This document shows, one piece after another, positions 58,036-64,000 of a stretch of DNA of 64,000 nucleotides. The notes under the pieces were generated by a model. It worked only from the letters and a program-made list of their open reading frames with translations, searched no databases and was not told the origin of the DNA. The stretch is from an uncultured Alphaproteobacteria bacterium (GTDB lineage Bacteria > Pseudomonadota > Alphaproteobacteria > Sphingomonadales > Sphingomonadaceae). The stretch lies in the NCBI GenBank assembly GCA_963844225.1, contig CAWJNG010000008.1, positions 78,837-142,836 of the forward strand, read 5' to 3'. The position numbers and the translations under genes were made by a program. Each line of letters opens with the position of its first letter. Within the stretch, counting starts at the first letter, position 1.

Positions 58036-60017
58036 CGCATCAAGACCCCGAGCGCAGCCAGCCAGCCTTTGCTCTCAGCGCTGACAGGGCGCAAAGCCAT
58101 CGGCATATAGGCGCGGCAGTCGAGGCAGCTGGCCTGAATTGATCCGCTGCGCGAAAGCATGTCCATATCCTGGATCAAACGACGCTCGGTTAGTTGGCGG
58201 TTCATCGATGCAAGCCCGAACCAGCCGCGCGGGCCCGACGCCTGTGCGTCGTCATTGGCAAAACTCTCGAACAATCGCGAAAGCCCGCTCGGCTCGTTTT
58301 CGAAATATTTGGCGTGATATTCGCCTTCGACCTTGGCGAGCTTGGCTGCGGCCTTCATCGCGTCGTTGAGGTCGCCAAACTGATCGACGAGGCCTAGCTG
58401 ACGCGCGGTTCCGCCAGCCCAGACCCGCCCTTCGGCAATGGCCTGAATCTTGTCGAGCGGCTGCTTGCGGCTCTTGGCGACAAGACCGGTAAAGCGGGCG
58501 TAAATATCTTCGACGCTCGCCTGTGCCAGCTGATTAAACTCGTCGCTGACACCGCCCAGCAGATCGGGCTGACCCGAAAGCGGCGTGGTCGCAATGCCGT
58601 CGGCGCCGATACCAACCTTGGCCAGAGCCTTGTCGAAACCTGGCATAATGCCAAAGACGCCGATCGAGCCGGTAATGGTTTCGGGCTCTGCAAAAATGCG
58701 GTCGGCGGGGGTTGAAACCCAATAGCCGCCCGAAGCGGCGACATTCGACATAGAGACGATAATGGGCAGCTTCTTCGACTTTGCGACGAGCAACGCCTGA
58801 CGGATTTCTTCGGATGCCATGACCGATCCACCAGGCGAATCGACCCGCAGCACAAGCGCTTTGACGCCATCATCGTCGGCAGCATCGATGATGTGCTGGG
58901 CAATCGTGTCGCCGCCAGCATGGCCGTTCGGCGCGTCGCCATCGACAATTTCGCCAACAATGGGGACGACAGCAATGGCTGCTCCTGCCTTTTTGGGCGG
59001 ATTGGCGGCGACCCAATTTTTGAGCGGAATGGCGTTATAATCCCACGGTTGCTTATCATCCTCGGTTCCGCTGATTTCGGCAACGCGCTGGCCAAAATCC
59101 ATGCGGCTGCCGACCTTGTCGACCAGTCCCGCCGCGAGCGAAGCTTTGGACAGATCATTTCCTGCGTCGCGCACCGCGCCGACGGTGTCAGCGATGAAGG
59201 CGTCAATCTTGGCCTGCGGACGTGCCTTTTTCACTTCCGTCAGCCAATTGTCCCACAACTCGCTTGCATAGGCGAGGTCGGCCTCTTTGGCTTCGGGTGA
59301 CTGGTCGCTGCGGATATAGGGCTCGACCGCGCTCTTGAAGGTGCCGACGCGGTAAACATGGGCGGTGATGCCCAGCTTATCCATCAAGCCTTTGTAATAG
59401 AGGCGCGATCCGCCGGGGCCGGCAATCATTGCGCCGCCTATCGGGGCGACCCAGACTTCGCTGGCGTGCGCCGCGAGCTGATAGCTGTCGGCGCTATAAC
59501 CGGTGGCATAGGCGAGCACCGGCTTTTTTTGCGCACGCACAGTGTCGAGCGCCTTGCCGATATCGGCCAGCGAAACCTGTCCGCCGCCAAGGAAGCGGTC
59601 GAGATCGAGGACGACCGCGCTCACGCGTTTATCGGTCGCGGCGGTGTTAAGGGCTTGGACGACGTCGCGTGACCGAATCTCGCGTATTTGCGGCCCACCC
59701 GCGCCGGTCAACAGTGCCAGCGGGTCGATTTCGGACGGCTGCTCACTGATTACCCCGTCGAGATCTAGAACCAGAGCGCCCTTGTTAACAGGGAGCGAGG
59801 CATTGGGGCGACCGGAGAAAATACCGAACAGCGCGACAAAGAACAGCAGTAGGAAAACGAGCGCCAACCCGTCCTTGATCCCCACGAGCAGGTTCCAGAC
59901 CTTGCGCGGAAAGCTGTTTCCCTTTTTGGCTTTGCTATCGCCGGGCAGGGGTTTGCGAACGGGTATCGCCCAAGGGTTGGTGCCGTCATTGGGTGTGGCT
60001 GTGCTGTTATCGGTCAT
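58032..60017 (-). CDS. sppA: signal peptide peptidase SppA, 67K type
   Basis: 661 aa. N-terminal TM helix and two tandem S49 domains (..SMSNVAASGGYWVS..). Confidence 0.9.
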   Translation of the reverse strand: MTDNSTATPNDGTNPWAIPVRKPLPGDSKAKKGNSFPRKVWNLLVGIKDGLALVFLLLFFVALFGIFSGRPNASLPVNKGALVLDLDGVISEQPSEIDPLALLTGAGGPQIREIRSRDVVQALNTAATDKRVSAVVLDLDRFLGGGQVSLADIGKALDTVRAQKKPVLAYATGYSADSYQLAAHASEVWVAPIGGAMIAGPGGSRLYYKGLMDKLGITAHVYRVGTFKSAVEPYIRSDQSPEAKEADLAYASELWDNWLTEVKKARPQAKIDAFIADTVGAVRDAGNDLSKASLAAGLVDKVGSRMDFGQRVAEISGTEDDKQPWDYNAIPLKNWVAANPPKKAGAAIAVVPIVGEIVDGDAPNGHAGGDTIAQHIIDAADDDGVKALVLRVDSPGGSVMASEEIRQALLVAKSKKLPIIVSMSNVAASGGYWVSTPADRIFAEPETITGSIGVFGIMPGFDKALAKVGIGADGIATTPLSGQPDLLGGVSDEFNQLAQASVEDIYARFTGLVAKSRKQPLDKIQAIAEGRVWAGGTARQLGLVDQFGDLNDAMKAAAKLAKVEGEYHAKYFENEPSGLSRLFESFANDDAQASGPRGWFGLASMNRQLTERRLIQDMDMLSRSGSIQASCLDCRAYMPMALRPVSAESKGWLAALGVLMR

Positions 60018-60100
60018 GCCGGGTGCCTAATCATCTTATACGCGATTGGCAATCAACGCTTCGACCGACGGGCGACTGCGGGGTATGAACAGACTTTGGC

Positions 60101-61072
60101 TCACCAGCTCCCAAAGCTCGCGTCTGACGGGCTGACGCGGTGGCGCGCGCGGTCGGGACGTCGCCAGCCGTGGCGCACGCGCTTGACGAGATGAAGGCAA
60201 GGCCATTCGGCGCTGCCGCCGCTTTCGATCAGGCGAAATCCCTGCGCACGATAAGCGGCAACTACGGCCGCCTGCTGGCGCGCCACCAGACCAGCAAGAA
60301 TGAGGTGCCCGCCCGGTCCGGTGATGCTGCTGATGTCGGGGGCGAGGGTGATCAGTGGTCCGGCAAGGATGTTGGCGATCACCAGATCATAAGGCGCGCG
60401 GCGTTTTATGTCGCCATGATCGGTACCCGGCGCGACGCACAGATGCAGCGCATGGGGGCCATGACCGGTTCGCACGCCGTTGATCGCCGCATTGTCGGCG
60501 GCGACACGGATGCTCGCGGGGTCGATGTCCGATGCTAGCGTCCGCGCGCTCGGCCATAGCGCGTGCGCGGCAAAGGCCAACAAACCGGTGCCGGTGCCAA
60601 TGTCGGCGACATTGCGAAAACGCCCTCCCCGGCGGGCGAGCCGGTCGAGCATTCCAAGGCAACCTGCGGTCGTATCATGCCCACCAGTGCCAAAGGCTTG
60701 ACTGGCGTCGATCAGGAAGGCTGTGGCGCCAGCGGGCACGCGGTCGGCATGGCTGCTGGTGTGGACAAAAAAGCGTCCCGCCTGCACCGGTTCCAGCCCC
60801 TGTTGGCTGAGCGTAACCCAATCTTCGTCGGGTAGTTTTTCAATCACCGGCGCTTTACCCGCCGCGCTGGGGATCAGCGATTGCAAAAGCGTCAGTAGCG
60901 CAGTCGCAGGCTTGGTTTCGGCATAGGCATCGAGTTGCCATAGCCCGGCCGCCTCATCGATTTCGCGCGTGACGACCACTGGTGGATTCAGCAGCGCGTC
61001 CAGCTCAGACAGGTTGCCGGTCAGCGCTTCGGCTTCGGCGCGGGTGCAGGACAATGAGATAATCCAGCTCAT
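60101..61072 (-). CDS. prmA: ribosomal protein L11 methyltransferase
   Basis: Start refined to MSWIISLSC (ATGA overlap with the upstream stop). SAM motif VADIGTGTGLLA. Confidence 0.85.
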   Translation of the reverse strand: MSWIISLSCTRAEAEALTGNLSELDALLNPPVVVTREIDEAAGLWQLDAYAETKPATALLTLLQSLIPSAAGKAPVIEKLPDEDWVTLSQQGLEPVQAGRFFVHTSSHADRVPAGATAFLIDASQAFGTGGHDTTAGCLGMLDRLARRGGRFRNVADIGTGTGLLAFAAHALWPSARTLASDIDPASIRVAADNAAINGVRTGHGPHALHLCVAPGTDHGDIKRRAPYDLVIANILAGPLITLAPDISSITGPGGHLILAGLVARQQAAVVAAYRAQGFRLIESGGSAEWPCLHLVKRVRHGWRRPDRARHRVSPSDASFGSW

Positions 61073-61977
61073 GGCGCGGAGGCGGCCTCTTTGGCCAGCC
61101 GGACATCGAGCCGGTTGCTCCCCGTAGCGGCATAGGCTTGGCACGCCCGCGAATCGAACAGCGGCGCCCGGCCTGCGAAACGGTCGAACATCGCGCTGGC
61201 GCCCGGATGCGGGGTCAACAGCAGGTCGCAAGGCAAGGCGGACACAGTGTCAAAGCTTCTGCGGAACCGCGCAATCAGGGCAGGATGGTCACTAAAACGA
61301 TAGCCGTCGGCGGAAACCGCGGTCAGGCTGTCGGCATAGACAATATTGCGGCAATCCTTGGCCGCACAGCTCGTCCAGCTCCAGCTAGTGGATCCCGGCG
61401 AATGGGCGGGGGTTGCATGGGCAGTAAAGGCGAGCGGGCCCAATCGCACAATTTCGCCGTCGCCGACGATTTGGCCAACATGGGCGCCAGGAAAAGCTGG
61501 AAACAGACCCGATTGCGGATCTTCGGGTTCTGCAATTCCGCTTTCCAGTGTCGCCTTGGCTGCGGTACGTGCGACCAGCTTGGCGCCGGTCCGGCGCTGC
61601 AGCTCGGCGATGCCGCCAGCATGGTCGAGATGCTCGTGACTGGAAAGGATCAAGCGGACATCACTCAGCTTATAACCCAGCTTTTCGACGTTGGCGGCAA
61701 TGCCGTCGGCGGCCTGCGTGGTGGCGCCATCGATCAGCACATGACCTTGGGGTGAGGTGATTAGGAGCGCGGTGATGCCGCAGGTTCCGACATAATGGAC
61801 ATTGGCGAAAAGGGTTGCAGGCGGGGCGGGGTCACTCCAACCGTCATGCCCCTCGCATTGCTTCGCCAATGTGGCAGCGTCGACGGTCGGACTTGGCGCG
61901 GGAATCGCTATGCTGGGGACGGCGGGCGTGCAGGCGGCGAGGAGCACAAGGACGGCAAGTGACATCCTAGCGGACAT
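61069..61977 (-). CDS. subclass B3-like metallo-beta-lactamase, probable lipoprotein
   Basis: Start refined to MSARMSLAVLVLLAAC (SD GGAG with a 6-nt spacer; lipobox LAAC). Zinc motifs SHEHLDHAGG, PAHSPGST and LLTPHPG. Confidence 0.8.
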   Translation of the reverse strand: MSARMSLAVLVLLAACTPAVPSIAIPAPSPTVDAATLAKQCEGHDGWSDPAPPATLFANVHYVGTCGITALLITSPQGHVLIDGATTQAADGIAANVEKLGYKLSDVRLILSSHEHLDHAGGIAELQRRTGAKLVARTAAKATLESGIAEPEDPQSGLFPAFPGAHVGQIVGDGEIVRLGPLAFTAHATPAHSPGSTSWSWTSCAAKDCRNIVYADSLTAVSADGYRFSDHPALIARFRRSFDTVSALPCDLLLTPHPGASAMFDRFAGRAPLFDSRACQAYAATGSNRLDVRLAKEAASAP

Positions 61978-62659
61978 AGCTGGCTCCATTGGCGTCAAGG
62001 ACGGCTCCGGTCATCGAGGGCGGTGCGTCGAGTGCGCACCAGCGCGCCATTTCGGCAATTTCCTGTGGCTCGGCAACGCGGCCCAGCGGAATTTCAGCGA
62101 GCAATGCGCCCCCGCCGCGGCTCGCCAGATATTCCTCCGCCATACCAGTCATCGTAAATCCGGGACAAATGGCAAAGGCGTAGATGCCCTGTGCGGCATA
62201 ACCACGTGCAATTGTTTTGGTCATCGCGACCATTCCGGCTTTGGATGCGGCATAGTGCCACTGGGTCGGACCATCGCCGCGATAGGCGGCGCGGCTGGCG
62301 ATATTGACGATGCGACCCGAGCCTTTGCGTCCTTGCCAATGCAACACGGCAAGGCGGCAGAGTTCGGCGCTTGCGGTCAAGTTGATTTGGAGCGTGCGAT
62401 TCCAGTTGTCGCGCCACTGCGCATCGCTGTTTTCGATGGGATTGGGCTCAAATATCCCGGCATTATTGATCAGAACGTCGATGCGCCCGTCAAGCCGTTC
62501 GAGACATTCCTGCCACAAACGCACCGGAACAGCCGGATCGCCAAGGTCGCCGTCGCGGCTCGATAGCGCGGCAAGACGGATGTCGGGCGTTTCCAGCGCG
62601 GCGGCGATGGCGGAACCGATGCCGCGCGAGGCACCGGTGAGCAGGATATTCTTGGTCAT
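61967..62659 (-). CDS. SDR-family oxidoreductase
   Basis: LLTGASRGIGSAIA, NNAG and catalytic YAASKAG. Confidence 0.85.
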   Translation of the reverse strand: MTKNILLTGASRGIGSAIAAALETPDIRLAALSSRDGDLGDPAVPVRLWQECLERLDGRIDVLINNAGIFEPNPIENSDAQWRDNWNRTLQINLTASAELCRLAVLHWQGRKGSGRIVNIASRAAYRGDGPTQWHYAASKAGMVAMTKTIARGYAAQGIYAFAICPGFTMTGMAEEYLASRGGGALLAEIPLGRVAEPQEIAEMARWCALDAPPSMTGAVLDANGASYVR

Positions 62660-62736
62660 GCGCCCCGATTAGCGGCCTCGGGCGGCGGTGGCTAGCTGCC
62701 GGCGCCAAATGGTTGTGACGGCACGGCAAATAGCGG

Positions 62737-64000
62737 TTAGGCGACGCGCTTGCTGAACTGCCCGGCCGCTTCGCTGAGGTCGTGCAGCCGCTGGCCCATG
62801 GTGGCAAAAGCGTCGGTTAACGAGCTTATCTCGGAAGCCACGACGCCCGAATCGTTGCGGATGGCGGCAATGGTCGATGACATGCTGTCCGCAGCCAGTG
62901 CAGTTTCATCCACCGCGGCGGTGATCGAGGTGACGGTCTGTGCCTGCGCGTCCATCGCGTCGCGGATGCGCTCGGCCGAGGTCTGGACGTCGAGAACGGT
63001 CGACTGGATCGACTGGTTGGCCTGAACCGTACCTTTGGTGGCGTGCTGGATCGCGGTGATTTTGCCTGCGATGTCGTCGGTGGCGCGGGCGGTTTCATTG
63101 GCGAGATTTTTGACCTCTTGTGCAACGACGGCAAAGCCGCGTCCCGCTTCGCCCGCGCGAGCGGCCTCGATGGTGGCGTTAAGTGCCAGCAGATTGGTTT
63201 GTCCCGCCACTTCGCGGATCAGTCCCAGGATTGATTCGATTGATTCGGCATGACGCGACAGGGTTTCGGACATGGCGACAGCCTCGCCTGCCTGTTCAGA
63301 CGCTTTGGTTGCAATGTCAGCTGCGGCTTCGACTTCGCTACGGGCATCTTCGATCGCGCGGATGAGCCCGGCGGCGGTCGAGGCGGCTTCGCGCATGGCC
63401 ATGGCGGACTGTTCTGACGCTGCAGCGACTTCGCTCGTCTTGGCAATCATGCCTTTGGCCGCTTGATCGGCCGAAGTGGCCTGAAGAACGAGTTGTTGGC
63501 GGACGCCGTCAGTGTCCTGCACCAGCGAGGCGATGGATTTGTTAAAATCACCGGCAAGTTGACGCCGTTCGCTTGATGCTGCGGCGCGATTCAGCTTTTC
63601 GGAATAGGCTAGCATGATATCGAATTCGAGCATGGCCAGGCGGTTGATCGCCCCGCCGAGGCGCGTCATTCGTGCCGGATCGTCGCGACAGGCGTCGATA
63701 ACATATTCGAGCGCCAATTTATGACATTCGCATGTGCACGACAGCACCGATGCAATGGGAATACCAACATAGAGCGACATATGCGCGTTCTGGCACGCTA
63801 TGGTCGCCGCCGCCTGACCGTCGGCGTCCGACAGTTTCAGGCTGATATGTTTAGCGCTTCCCGCGATATAAGACGCCAGAAGGGCGCCATCGGCCTTGCG
63901 TGCATTGTTCGGTAGCGCGTTAAAGGCAGTCCAATAGGCCGCGGCCATTTCATCTTCGCGTCCAGCGATAATCGCGTGGATTTCTGCGGCATCGGCACGA
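62737..64000 (-). CDS. soluble methyl-accepting chemotaxis protein with N-terminal globin-coupled-sensor-like domain; 5' end beyond the right edge
   Basis: MCP signalling hairpin [32 protein letters not shown] and no TM helix. The open frame continues upstream of Met at 63948 to base 64000 (..[16 protein letters not shown]). The N-terminal region resembles a protoglobin/HemAT sensor. Confidence 0.8.
   Translation of the reverse strand, partial: RADAAEIHAIIAGREDEMAAAYWTAFNALPNNARKADGALLASYIAGSAKHISLKLSDADGQAAATIACQNAHMSLYVGIPIASVLSCTCECHKLALEYVIDACRDDPARMTRLGGAINRLAMLEFDIMLAYSEKLNRAAASSERRQLAGDFNKSIASLVQDTDGVRQQLVLQATSADQAAKGMIAKTSEVAAASEQSAMAMREAASTAAGLIRAIEDARSEVEAAADIATKASEQAGEAVAMSETLSRHAESIESILGLIREVAGQTNLLALNATIEAARAGEAGRGFAVVAQEVKNLANETARATDDIAGKITAIQHATKGTVQANQSIQSTVLDVQTSAERIRDAMDAQAQTVTSITAAVDETALAADSMSSTIAAIRNDSGVVASEISSLTDAFATMGQRLHDLSEAAGQFSKRVA

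Overview
The window is a dense, high-GC bacterial chromosome segment with about 65 protein-coding genes. Gene families and synteny (zapE...mdh-sucDAB-lpdA, HWE kinase, exosortase-type glycosyltransferase, B3 metallo-beta-lactamase) suggest an alphaproteobacterium, probably a sphingomonad. That is inference from motifs I recognise; no search was run. I found no rRNA, tRNA, CRISPR array, transposase, integrase or phage genes. Most of the window is core metabolism and envelope housekeeping: sdhB, mdh, sucD, sucA, sucB, lpdA, rplM-rpsI, ctaA, galU, msrA, corA, prmA, sppA, thiolase/MaoC and phaZ. No clear-cut novel multi-gene system (defence island, secretion system, biosynthetic cluster) is visible.

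The observations most worth a second look are:
1. An encapsulated-ferritin (EncFtn) homologue with no encapsulin shell gene and no targeting tail. It sits in a 693-bp more A/T-rich segment bracketed by about 69-bp direct repeats of the rpsI terminator region.
2. Two converging operons encoding an esterase, a nucleotidyltransferase, a P-loop kinase-like protein, an ICMT-type methyltransferase and a MOP flippase. This looks like an uncharacterised envelope-decoration module.
3. A one-base frame break in a 5-oxoprolinase gene at a homopolymer run.
4. A textbook SoxR operator and 19-bp-spacer promoter driving a VOC/PNPOx-like gene pair, with a Shine-Dalgarno (SD)-sequestering hairpin between the two genes.
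5. mdh followed directly by sucD, with no sucC.

Several smaller oddities are listed separately. All family calls rest on motifs read by eye, and start codons were refined from SD spacing and gene overlaps.
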